Positions 10,501 through 18,004 of a stretch of DNA of 64,000 nt are shown here, piece by piece. The notes beneath the pieces are model-generated. The model did not search any database, was not told where the DNA came from, and worked only from the letters and a program-made list of their open reading frames with translations. The DNA is taken from NCBI GenBank assembly GCA_964537505.1, contig CAZICK010000002.1:5975-69974 (forward strand), in the 5' to 3' direction. Within the stretch, counting starts at the first letter, position 1, and every line of letters begins with the position of its first letter. The translations under genes were made by a program, and so were the position numbers. Source of the DNA: an uncultured Pirellulales bacterium. Lineage in GTDB: Bacteria > Planctomycetota > Phycisphaerae > Sedimentisphaerales > SM23-30.

Positions 10501-11157
10501 TCCCGTATTATTCAGCGGCCATTGGATAGGATAGTCAGAATCGTTTGGCGTGACGCATATCGAAACGATATAATTCAATTCGGCGTACTCGACATCCGGA
10601 TTGTCGTTATACGCCTCCACCACATCTTCCAGTGACTCTCCCGCATCAAGCTCAACTTTCAGTTTATATATCCCCGCCAGATCGGGAACCTCCATTCCCT
10701 CAGGCGCCCGCCTTAGCCTTTTGAGCCGGCGTCTTTCTTTTTTGCTCAGCGAGGAATTATCTTTGCTTTTCAGGGCTTCTAACCGTTTCCTTTTGGCTTC
10801 GAAGTCCTTGAAAACATTACTGATCTTTTTAACTTGATATCGCCGGTGCAACTCATCAAGACCCACGCCCAGCCCCGCTTCATCTAACCTTTTCCCCTGA
10901 GCCAGGTTCTTTCTCAGCTTCTCAGCCGCACCATTACTATATTTAACAACTATTTCATTCGCAACGTATCTTAAAGGCTTTTTGCCCGTTCCTTTATATG
11001 TCTGACTGTCCTGACCGCGATGGCTACCTGGCGATTTCCACATCCCGCCATCCGGAGCACCCGCCCGATTTACATCCCCGTTAGCCGACATTACCGCCAA
11101 GACCGATAATATCGCAAACCACACCGTCAGAATGGATATTTGATTAGATATTCGCAC
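7558..11157 (-). CDS. Secreted multidomain subtilisin-like (S8) serine protease with right-handed beta-helix repeats and a C-terminal dockerin-like pair
   Basis: Catalytic triad contexts VAVVDTGVD (Asp), HGHGSHCSGIIAA (His), SGTSMACPYVAG (Ser). Repeated SSPTIINC.F.GN.A...GGA parallel beta-helix units. C-terminal DITNDGVVDLEDF / DLNRNGTVDLADF calcium-loop pair. N-terminal signal peptide. Confidence 0.85.
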   Translation of the reverse strand: MRISNQISILTVWFAILSVLAVMSANGDVNRAGAPDGGMWKSPGSHRGQDSQTYKGTGKKPLRYVANEIVVKYSNGAAEKLRKNLAQGKRLDEAGLGVGLDELHRRYQVKKISNVFKDFEAKRKRLEALKSKDNSSLSKKERRRLKRLRRAPEGMEVPDLAGIYKLKVELDAGESLEDVVEAYNDNPDVEYAELNYIVSICVTPNDSDYPIQWPLNNTGQDYPESGRYNHPPGTDGCDIDAPEAWDIYTGGSDVVVAVVDTGVDYNHRDLQNNMWVNELEANGGTGIDDDGNGYIDDIYGYDFVNRDSDPIDDHGHGSHCSGIIAAQGNNGLDISGVCWDGQIMGLKFMNEDGFGPTSGAMEALYYAVEEGADVISNSWGGGDYSEAMAEAINYAHSQGVIMVAAAGNDNTNEVHYPSSYEYMISVAATDSNDQKAPFSNYGNLVDVAAPGVDILSLRAAGTSRGTVYDGYTTIISGTSMACPYVAGACALLLAVNPTLSCTDVYEILMETSDPIADGICLSDGRINIFNAVLSSAPSAGVVKIEDDFYSCSGTIDIWLADGDLAGGGIEEVSLSTTSGDLETVSLTETIAGIGVFGVAISSSSDTVSVEDGTLQMVHNDVITATYEDQDDGTGNSAVATDTAAADCESPVISNVEIDPAGPKPEVTFETNEPASVLVLCGQSCSEPNEIVRVRMSPATSHSIELIGVLPETDYFFVVEATDAAGNKTTSLCYPFTTNGPGEVYVPGECDTIQEAIDRSWHGGTVLVADGRYIGTGNRDIDFGGRAITVKSENGPDNCIIDPSGTEAEPHRGFYFHGEEDEESVLDGFTITNGYAYGDFDVRPGGGAIRCDGSSPTIINCMFIGNSAGMDGGAIDNTGSSPTIINCTFIGNAAVGNDGGGMNNIYSSSPTIVDCVFIGNSAMDWGGGIRNIYYSDATIINCTFSENVADEGGAIFNFASAPTITNSMISDNTAWMGGGVYCRDGSKPIITSCTFAGNIADGGRSLYGAGAVITNCILWGGGVEGITEVDGDASISYSDIRGGYSGVYNINVDPFFVDTAGGDYHLKSEGWRWDAQAESWVQDTVTSRCIDAGNPASSLGDEPISVPDDPDNQWGVNLRLNMGAYGGTTEASMAPHGWAMLADITNDGVVDLEDFSKQSSDWLVTREEQPGDLNRNGTVDLADFALFIDDWSRMTSWHEN

Positions 11158-11408
11158 GATCTCTTTTCTCTTTGCCCCATAATTACCTGCCTCGCCTCCG
11201 GGAGGCCATAACTACACACATGAGATAGTATGGTACCACACTCGGCTCATGTATGTCAAGCAAAAATTAGCCCGATAAACCAATCCCTGCGAGTCCGCAA
11301 AATTTTTGTACTGCCCGTCCTGGGCTTGCCGAAGCGAGTCTGCCAAAGGGAGCGATCCTCGAGCCGGCTTTACGAACAACCTGTATCAGCCGATAACCAT
11401 AACAGCGG

Positions 11409-12080
11409 TTATACGCCATACTGTCGTAAATATTCCTCCATTTTCTCTTTTGTCGCATCGTCTATATAGACTTTACCATCGATGGCCCGGTTGTGCAGAT
11501 GGTCAATAATCTCTTTGACGTTAACGATGGAGTAAACCGCCAGATCGAATTTCCGCCCGATCTCCTGAACCGCTGACAGATCACCCTCTCCGCGTTCCAT
11601 ACGGTCCACCGAAACGATCACTCCGACAACTTGACCGCTGCCTTGACAGGAAAGCAACTCCATCGACTCGCGTACGCTCGTCCCGGCGGTAATAACATCT
11701 TCGATAATCACCACCCGCTCGGCCCCTTCATACCGATGTCCGATCAGCGCCCCTTTTTCACCGTGGTCCTTTGCCTCTTTGCGGTTATAGCTGACCGACA
11801 CATCATAGTCATGCTCTTCGCTCAACGCGATCGAAGCAGTGACCGCCAGCGGAATGCCCTTATAAGCCGGCCCATAAAGATTATCAAATTCACGCCCGAA
11901 ATACTCTATCAGAGCCGAGGCGTAAAACCGTCCCAACTTCGCCAACTGCCGGCCCGTACGGTATTTTCCCGTATTGATAAAATAAGGCGTCTGCCGCCCG
12001 CTCTTTGTAACAAAATCGCCAAAGGTCAAAACATCGGACCTGACCAGAAACTCTATAAATTCTGTTTTGTATCGTTGCAT
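11409..12080 (-). CDS. pyrE: Orotate phosphoribosyltransferase
   Basis: 223 aa with LTFGDFVTKSGRQTPYFIN at the N-terminus and the PRPP-binding loop VVIIEDVITAGTS. Confidence 0.85.
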   Translation of the reverse strand: MQRYKTEFIEFLVRSDVLTFGDFVTKSGRQTPYFINTGKYRTGRQLAKLGRFYASALIEYFGREFDNLYGPAYKGIPLAVTASIALSEEHDYDVSVSYNRKEAKDHGEKGALIGHRYEGAERVVIIEDVITAGTSVRESMELLSCQGSGQVVGVIVSVDRMERGEGDLSAVQEIGRKFDLAVYSIVNVKEIIDHLHNRAIDGKVYIDDATKEKMEEYLRQYGV

Positions 12081-12146
12081 ACCTGACTCACCTTAAGTTT
12101 TTGACTTTTTAAATATTGCTTCCACGATTGTGTGTTGTGTACCGGT

Positions 12147-13253
12147 TTATTTTGTGTTTTGATCGTCGATAAATATTTTCACCTGCTCGATCAGTGCATC
12201 GACAGCCATCTCGGCAGCTACGGTAGCGACTTTTTGTCCGCCGCGGTAAATAGCGGCCTTATTTTTTCCGCCACACAGAGCCACATCCGCCCCTTCCGCT
12301 TCGCCCGGCCCGTTCACCACGCATCCCATGACCGCCACGGTAATGGGCGATTTAATATCTGCCAGTACCTTTTCCACTTTCTCGGCCATAGCCGCGACAT
12401 CGATTTCAGTTCGTCCGCAGGTAGGACAGGCGATCAACTCCGGTCCCTGCCGGTCGCGCAATTTCAGCGTGTTTAGAATCTCCCACGCCACGGCAATCTC
12501 CACCAACGGATCACCGGTCAGCGAAACGCGAATGGTATCTCCGATACCTTCGGCCAATAGTGTGCCCATCCCAACCGCCGAGCGCACCGCACCTGTTCGG
12601 ACGGTCCCCCCGTGCGTTACACCCAGGTGCAGTGGATAATCGAACTTTTCACTTATCGCCCGATTAACTGCGATACAACCTGCCGCGTCATGGCACTTGG
12701 CCGAAAGCACCAGATTATCAAAATCGTTATCTTCAAAAATTCTTACGTATTCCCCCAACTTATCGATCATCAATGTGGCAATATCCTTACTGCCGTCCTC
12801 ACCAGAGCGATCACTGCCGCGTGGGCGGATACTCCCCTGATTGACCCCAACCCGAATAGCCACACCATTGGCCCGGCAGGCACTGATAACCTCTTCCACC
12901 TGCCTGCGATCACTGATGTTACCGGGATTGAGCCTGATCTTGCTAACGCCCGCCTCTATTGCTTCAATCGCACGCTGGTAATGAAAATGAACGTCGGCAA
13001 CTATCGGCACCGAAACCTGCTCCAGAATCTCCCTCAAGGCAGCGGTATCAGCCTTGGTCGGCACCGCCAGACGAACCACTTCACAATTCTCCCGAACCAT
13101 TCGCCCGATCTGCTCTACGCACCTGTCAACTTCATGCGTCGGCACGTTGGCCATACTCTGCACCAGTATCGGCCCGCCGCCGCCCACAAACAAATCACCT
13201 ATTTTGACCTTCCTGGTCACCCGTCGCGGTCCCAATGTCCTTGTAATACTCAT
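12147..13253 (-). CDS. ispG: 4-hydroxy-3-methylbut-2-en-1-yl diphosphate synthase (flavodoxin)
   Basis: 368 aa with VKIGDLFVGGGGPILVQSM, RINPGN-like RLNPGNI, and cluster cysteines in ACPTCGRTE and GCVVNGPGE. Confidence 0.9.
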   Translation of the reverse strand: MSITRTLGPRRVTRKVKIGDLFVGGGGPILVQSMANVPTHEVDRCVEQIGRMVRENCEVVRLAVPTKADTAALREILEQVSVPIVADVHFHYQRAIEAIEAGVSKIRLNPGNISDRRQVEEVISACRANGVAIRVGVNQGSIRPRGSDRSGEDGSKDIATLMIDKLGEYVRIFEDNDFDNLVLSAKCHDAAGCIAVNRAISEKFDYPLHLGVTHGGTVRTGAVRSAVGMGTLLAEGIGDTIRVSLTGDPLVEIAVAWEILNTLKLRDRQGPELIACPTCGRTEIDVAAMAEKVEKVLADIKSPITVAVMGCVVNGPGEAEGADVALCGGKNKAAIYRGGQKVATVAAEMAVDALIEQVKIFIDDQNTK

Positions 13254-13367
13254 ATTTGCTTACCATAAACCCTCGGAACGGATAAGTCAAGCGAGCACAA
13301 GCCCCAATTTTTAGAGGTTCCCTTTAGTTGATCAGGCTTTCTTCAATCGCCTGCGGGCTTTCTGTTT

Positions 13368-13733
13368 TCACGTTATGCGAAAAACAGAATCGTCGATAAT
13401 TTCGCCGCAGTAGATACATGCCGCATGTCGCGGCGAAATGCTGCGCTGACAGTTAGGACAACTGACCGCCGCAGATCGCTGGTTCTTACCGTCCAACTGA
13501 CCGTCACGCATATCGATCATATAAAGCATTTCGTTAAGGTCGTCCTCGGTCAATTTGTGTTGACTCTTCATTATTTCCCACAGCGATTCATTGATCATCA
13601 AGGCCTTAGCCAGATTATCCTCCAGTATTCTCATCCGATGCTGCAGATCGGAAACCTTAGCCGCTGCCGACGAATCTGTCCGCGTGCTCGTACCGGATGC
13701 CGATAAACCGGATATTGAAAATATTCCTTTCAT
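13368..13733 (-). CDS. Hypothetical protein with coiled-coil segment and C-terminal zinc-ribbon (CPNC...CIYC)
   Basis: 121-aa ORF with an aggag RBS. CxxC-N12-CxxC motif. No family recognised. Confidence 0.5.
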   Translation of the reverse strand: MKGIFSISGLSASGTSTRTDSSAAAKVSDLQHRMRILEDNLAKALMINESLWEIMKSQHKLTEDDLNEMLYMIDMRDGQLDGKNQRSAAVSCPNCQRSISPRHAACIYCGEIIDDSVFRIT

Positions 13734-13741
13734 AGCAAACT

Positions 13742-13833
13742 CCTGATATTGGCGTCAAAAGTCGATACCCACACCCAAAAAACGCCTTTCGGATAACAGG
13801 ATCAGTGCTTTAAAATACTTTTGGCGCTGACAC
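13742..13833 (-). repeat. Dispersed ~92-nt intergenic element, copy 2
   Basis: The reverse complement reads gtgtcagcgccaaaagtattttaaagcactgatcctgttatccgaaaggcgttttttgggtgtgggtatcgacttttgacgccaatatcagg. Its 3' end runs into the RBS of the 13733 gene. Confidence 0.6.
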
Positions 13834-13884
13834 CCTCATTGTAGCGATTCCCCCATCAAATTGAAACAAAAACCGACCAGCGTA

Positions 13885-13990
13885 CCCTAGCCGAGGCTGT
13901 GCGTTCACCCATGCAGATCAATGTGACCGTCCCATTGACCGGCGTTACAGTCAAAGCCGGCTCGGACGAGCCGTGGCAGGAACGAGAATA
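13885..13990 (+). pseudogene. Orphan 3' fragment (last ~35 codons plus stop) of a B-type cassette gene
   Basis: cctagccgaggctgtgcgttca... matches the B1 tail (17727 onward). ...tgtgaccgtcccattgaccggcg..cagtcaaagccggctcggacgagccgtggcaggaacg.gaatag matches the B2 tail (21404-21471). No upstream coding sequence precedes it. Confidence 0.8.
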
Positions 13991-14068
13991 GCCCCTGAGG
14001 CGCCCAGGGCCTGACGGCGATCTTTGTGTGACATTGCCCACATCCAATAAGTCGCGAATCTGTAAGTT

Positions 14069-14162
14069 TTGACGCCGACATCAAAGGTATTTTGGAGTTT
14101 TGATTCTGGGACCAAAACGGCATTTTCGGACGTTAGTATCAACTTTTGAGACCAACATCAAT
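14069..14162 (+). repeat. Dispersed ~92-nt intergenic element, copy 3
   Basis: ttgacgccgacatcaaaggtattttggagttttgattctgggaccaaaacggcattttcggacgttagtatcaacttttgagaccaacatcaat, immediately upstream of the A1 promoter. Confidence 0.65.
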
Positions 14163-14191
14163 TTGGAAGTTTTTCAATCACTGAAAAACAG

Positions 14192-14220
14192 TTGAGTAGT
14201 GGGCTGTAATGTTGTATGAT
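14192..14220 (+). promoter_or_regulatory. Sigma70-like promoter of cassette 1 (TTGAGT-17-TATGAT)
   Basis: Hexamers with a 17-nt spacer, 65 nt upstream of the A1 ATG. An identical motif occurs at 21673-21701 upstream of A3. Confidence 0.5.
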
Positions 14221-14284
14221 TGTACCCAGTTACCCAGTTTTGGGAATTGTTGCGATTCAGTGAGAATTATGGTTTGCCGATTAT

Positions 14285-16129
14285 ATGAAGGTGGAAGCAT
14301 CTAGTCAGTGTCGATGTGGAAGGCAGGGTGAGCGTTTGCCGGTTTGTACGGCTGCCTTTTTTTGTTTGTACTGGCTCTACGTCTGCTTACGTATTGAGCC
14401 GACTCTCATTTATCACGGTCATGGTTCGCTACTGAAGTTTCCGGTTTTTTTCGTGGACGGCTCTTTTATCAAGGGCTTTCTGGTCTGCCCTGGCGGCCTG
14501 GCTGAATGCCTTTTTGCGTTTTTGAGTCAGTTCTATTATTATTCCTGGGCAGGGGCGCTGGTCATTACCGTGACAGGATGGCTTTTTTATCTAGCGGTGG
14601 GTGCGATTGTCAGGGCCTTTACCGGTCGGGACGTTTACCTGTTGCGTTTTGCTGCCGCTGTGGGATTGCTGCTGGCCTATAATCAATACATTCACTGTCT
14701 GGAAGGAAGTATCAAGATATTGTCGGCGTTGTTGTTTGCGTTGGTTTATATCAAGATGCCGTTACGCCACGGCTGGATGCGATGGGCGGTTTTTTTATTT
14801 CTGTTTGTTTTACTTTACTGTGGGGCGGGTAACGGTGGTTTGCTTTTTGCCTGGTTCTGCGTACTGTTTGAGATCCGGCGTCGCAGGTTCATAACCGCCC
14901 TGTGGTGTTTTGTCTCCACTACGGCGGCAGCGTATATATTGGCAAATTATTTTCTCGACAGCATTTTGAGCAAAATGTGGTTGATTTTTCCAGAGGAGCA
15001 AACGCTTAACGATCCCAGAATAGCAAAAGTTGTGGTCTGGTCTTATCTGGTTTTTGCTTTAGTGGTTGTGGTGTTGACTTTTTGGCCGCGCCGGCAAGCG
15101 TCCACCGTAAAGAAAAACAAGACCGCCATGTCTGGTGAAGAAAGCTCTTCCGGCAACGCTAAACTGCGGTTGATTTTGAGCGTGTTTGTTCTGCTGGCCA
15201 TGACTATAACAATCTTTTTTTCGTTAAATCGCGTTAAAAGGTACCAATCGCAAATAACTTATTATGGCTACTACCGAAAATGGCCTGAGCTTTTACGCCT
15301 GGCGAATGGGATACCATTCGAAGAGTATAATATTTTTCTTGTTCATTACGTTAATAGAGCGCTCTTTCATACAGGAAAGCTTGGTTGTGAGATGTTTTCA
15401 TATCCACAAAGTCCGGATGCTTTTGGGGTTATCTACCAGGGACGTCGTAACTTCGTAGCCGCCGAGCAGTTTTTCGAAATCGGGTTGGTTAACGATGCGG
15501 CGCAACTGGCCCACGAATCGCTGGAAGTTTTTGGCAGCCATCCGACGACCCTGAAACAATTGGCTTTAATTAATGTCGCAAGAGAACAAACCAATGCCGC
15601 CCGCGTTTTTCTTAATGCCCTGAGCAAAGATTTGATATTCGGCCGATGGGCTCGCGATTGTCTCAAACGTCTTGAGACCGATCCGCTGCTTCTGGAAGAC
15701 GAGCGGATGCGTCGCATCAGCACATTGCGAACGATTGGTGAACCGCTCAAACCGGCCAATCTTCCAAGTGTGCAGTTCCAGAGGCTGCTGGAGCACAATG
15801 GGAAAAATAAAATGGCATTTGAATATCTGATGGCCGATTATTTGTTGAACAGGCGGCTTGAGATGTTCATAGGCCAGCTTCATCGTCTGGACGATTTTGA
15901 CTATCCGGATATTCCCCGCCATTATGAAGAAGCGATTTTGATTTACACTATGCTGACTAAAAAAACGGTTGACCTTGGGAATCGCAAGATCAACCCTGAG
16001 ACAATACGACGGTCTCGCGATTTTTATCGAATCTGTGCGATTTACGGGAATAACACACAAGCCGCGTTAGAAGAGCTGGAAAGAATGGGTTTTTCTGACA
16101 CATATTTCTTCTATTACAGTTTCCAATAA
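14285..16129 (+). CDS. Cassette protein A1: polytopic membrane protein with C-terminal helical-repeat domain (uncharacterised)
   Basis: 614 aa. The N-terminal ~300 aa has many hydrophobic helices (e.g. AAFFCLYWLYVCL, WAGALVITVTGWLFYLAVGAIV, LLFAWFCVLFEI). The C-terminal ~320 aa looks alpha-helical and TPR-like. Paralogous to 18005, 21772 and 25354. Confidence 0.85.
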   Translation: MKVEASSQCRCGRQGERLPVCTAAFFCLYWLYVCLRIEPTLIYHGHGSLLKFPVFFVDGSFIKGFLVCPGGLAECLFAFLSQFYYYSWAGALVITVTGWLFYLAVGAIVRAFTGRDVYLLRFAAAVGLLLAYNQYIHCLEGSIKILSALLFALVYIKMPLRHGWMRWAVFLFLFVLLYCGAGNGGLLFAWFCVLFEIRRRRFITALWCFVSTTAAAYILANYFLDSILSKMWLIFPEEQTLNDPRIAKVVVWSYLVFALVVVVLTFWPRRQASTVKKNKTAMSGEESSSGNAKLRLILSVFVLLAMTITIFFSLNRVKRYQSQITYYGYYRKWPELLRLANGIPFEEYNIFLVHYVNRALFHTGKLGCEMFSYPQSPDAFGVIYQGRRNFVAAEQFFEIGLVNDAAQLAHESLEVFGSHPTTLKQLALINVAREQTNAARVFLNALSKDLIFGRWARDCLKRLETDPLLLEDERMRRISTLRTIGEPLKPANLPSVQFQRLLEHNGKNKMAFEYLMADYLLNRRLEMFIGQLHRLDDFDYPDIPRHYEEAILIYTMLTKKTVDLGNRKINPETIRRSRDFYRICAIYGNNTQAALEELERMGFSDTYFFYYSFQ

Positions 16130-16142
16130 TCCGGTGATTTAG

Positions 16143-16239
16143 TTTTGGTGCGATTTCGCTTGCGCGGCTCTACGTGTCGCACTTTTTCTTGTGTGTTGCT
16201 TATACGCAAAGTTGTGTCGAAAAAACCGCGAGAGTTAAG
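16143..16239 (+). mobile_element. 97-bp MITE-like insertion between A1 and B1, with a hairpin+T5 core
   Basis: Absent from the otherwise collinear A3/B3 junction (23601-23625). Flanked by imperfect direct repeats, ttagttttgg / taaggtttgg. The 66-nt core recurs at 44317-44382. Confidence 0.5.
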
Positions 16240-16249
16240 GTTTGGTAAA

Positions 16250-17833
16250 ATGAATAAATATCGCCGCTATCTGCTTTTGCCGATTACAGTTGCCATATTG
16301 GCTATTGTTTCGCTCTATTGTATTCTCTCTGCTGCGGACCAACCTGTCCACGACGCCACTTTAATTGACCGATCTCCCCTGATTTGCCCTGACTACACGA
16401 ATACGGCCATTCCCCCGAATATCGCACCGCTGAACTTCACAGTGGATGAACCTGGCAGGCGATATTATGTCAGGATATACTCAGATAATGGCAAAGATAT
16501 TAACATCTACAGCAAGAAACCGCAGATAGTGATCCCCCTGAAACCATGGAGAGAGCTGTTGCACCTCAACCGAGGGAATAAACTGTATTTTGATGTGTGC
16601 CTCGAAGATGAAAATGGTCAATGGCGGCGGTTCTCCCCTGTTACCAACATGATCGCCCCGGACGATACCGACGAATATCTGGTTTATCGGCTCATCAAAT
16701 CAATATATCAGGACTGGTTTGACACAGGTATTTACCAACGACATCTGTCAAGCTATGACGAGTCGGTCGTGCTGCGTGGGCTAAGTTTCAGGGAACAAAA
16801 CTCCGGAGGTTGCGTTAACTGCCATGCGTTTTGTAATAATCAAACAGATAAGATGACGATCGGCATCCGGGATGAGAATTATGGTGTTTCCACGCTGCTG
16901 TCCCAAAACGGTAAGGTAGCCAAGATCGGCACCAAGTTTGGTTATACCGCCTGGCACCCCAGCGGGCAGATAATCGTGTATTCGCTGAACAATGTGCGGC
17001 AATTCTTCCACATGACCGGAGTAGAGATCAGGGATGTAGTCGATCTCGATTCGGCTTTGGCGTACTATGACCTCAAATCGCAAACAGTCAAGATGCCTCC
17101 ACAACTGGCTGACAAATCTCGGTTGGAAACTTATCCGACCTGGTCTCCGGACGGCCGGTATTTGTATTTTTGCAGTGCGCCGATGTTATGGTCCGATCAC
17201 AATAAAGTGCCGCCAACAAACTTCGAAAAACTACGCTACGATCTTGTTCGAATCAGCTATGATATTGACACGGATAGCTGGGGTCAGCTTGAAACAGTTC
17301 TTTCCGCCGGCCAGACACACAAAAGTATTCTGCTGCCCCGAATTTCACCGGACGGGCGATTCCTGATGTTTTGTATGTGCGATTATGGCTGCTTCCCCAT
17401 CTATCAGCCCAGCAGTGACTTGTGTATGATGGACCTGGAAGCCGCCCGACAAACGGGCAATTTTACTTACCGTCGCCTTGAAGTCAACAGTGACCGGAGC
17501 GAGTCATGGCATTGTTGGTCGAGCAATGGACGGTGGGTAGTTTTCAGCAGTAAAAGACGTGATGGAGTCTTCACACGCAGTTACATCAGCTATGTAGATG
17601 AGGATGGCAAGGTATATAAGCCACTGCTGCTGCCACAGAAGGATCCCGCCTTCTACGATTCGTTCCTGAAAACGTACAGTGTTCCTGAATTTGTCATAGA
17701 ACCAGTTCGGACCCGGGAAAAAGACCTAGCCGAGGCTGTGCGTTCATCCGCTCAAATCGATGTGGCTATGCCCCTGACCGGCGCCACCCAGAAGGCCGGT
17801 CCATCCGATCCCTGGCAACAAGATCGGGAATAG
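16250..17833 (+). CDS. Cassette protein B1: N-terminally anchored CxxCH (c-type heme motif) / PD40 beta-propeller protein (uncharacterised)
   Basis: 527 aa from the ATG homologous to the B3 start. The 35-codon extension in the ORF track is translated repeat DNA. Anchor LLLPITVAILAIVSLYCIL, GGCVNCH motif, TolB-like repeats TWSPDGRYLYF, RISPDGRFLMF, WSSNGRWVVFSSKR. Confidence 0.85.
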   Translation: MNKYRRYLLLPITVAILAIVSLYCILSAADQPVHDATLIDRSPLICPDYTNTAIPPNIAPLNFTVDEPGRRYYVRIYSDNGKDINIYSKKPQIVIPLKPWRELLHLNRGNKLYFDVCLEDENGQWRRFSPVTNMIAPDDTDEYLVYRLIKSIYQDWFDTGIYQRHLSSYDESVVLRGLSFREQNSGGCVNCHAFCNNQTDKMTIGIRDENYGVSTLLSQNGKVAKIGTKFGYTAWHPSGQIIVYSLNNVRQFFHMTGVEIRDVVDLDSALAYYDLKSQTVKMPPQLADKSRLETYPTWSPDGRYLYFCSAPMLWSDHNKVPPTNFEKLRYDLVRISYDIDTDSWGQLETVLSAGQTHKSILLPRISPDGRFLMFCMCDYGCFPIYQPSSDLCMMDLEAARQTGNFTYRRLEVNSDRSESWHCWSSNGRWVVFSSKRRDGVFTRSYISYVDEDGKVYKPLLLPQKDPAFYDSFLKTYSVPEFVIEPVRTREKDLAEAVRSSAQIDVAMPLTGATQKAGPSDPWQQDRE

Positions 17834-17910
17834 CATTGCCGGTTTCGGTGCAGGTGCATGAATATCATACGCAACACACAGCGGTTTTTGTGAAATCGGT
17901 GAGTATGCTG

Positions 17911-17939
17911 TTGAATAATTATTCATGGTATTGTACAAT
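17911..17939 (+). promoter_or_regulatory. Sigma70-like promoter of cassette 2 (TTGAAT-17-TACAAT)
   Basis: 66 nt upstream of the A2 ATG. A homologous motif lies upstream of A4. Confidence 0.5.
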
Positions 17940-18004
17940 CGTCCCCAATAGCTTACTGGTCAGTATTGCCGGCGCCGGTAGCAGCGAAATTTACCGGAGG
18001 ATGA

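Noticed and set aside
16145-16249. 35-codon N-terminal extension of B1 (MVRFRLRGSTCRTFSCVLL...)
   Set aside because: This is a translation of the inserted repeat. The same peptide appears from the unrelated copy at 44290-44496, and B2-B4 all start at the homologous MNKY/MNKF codon.
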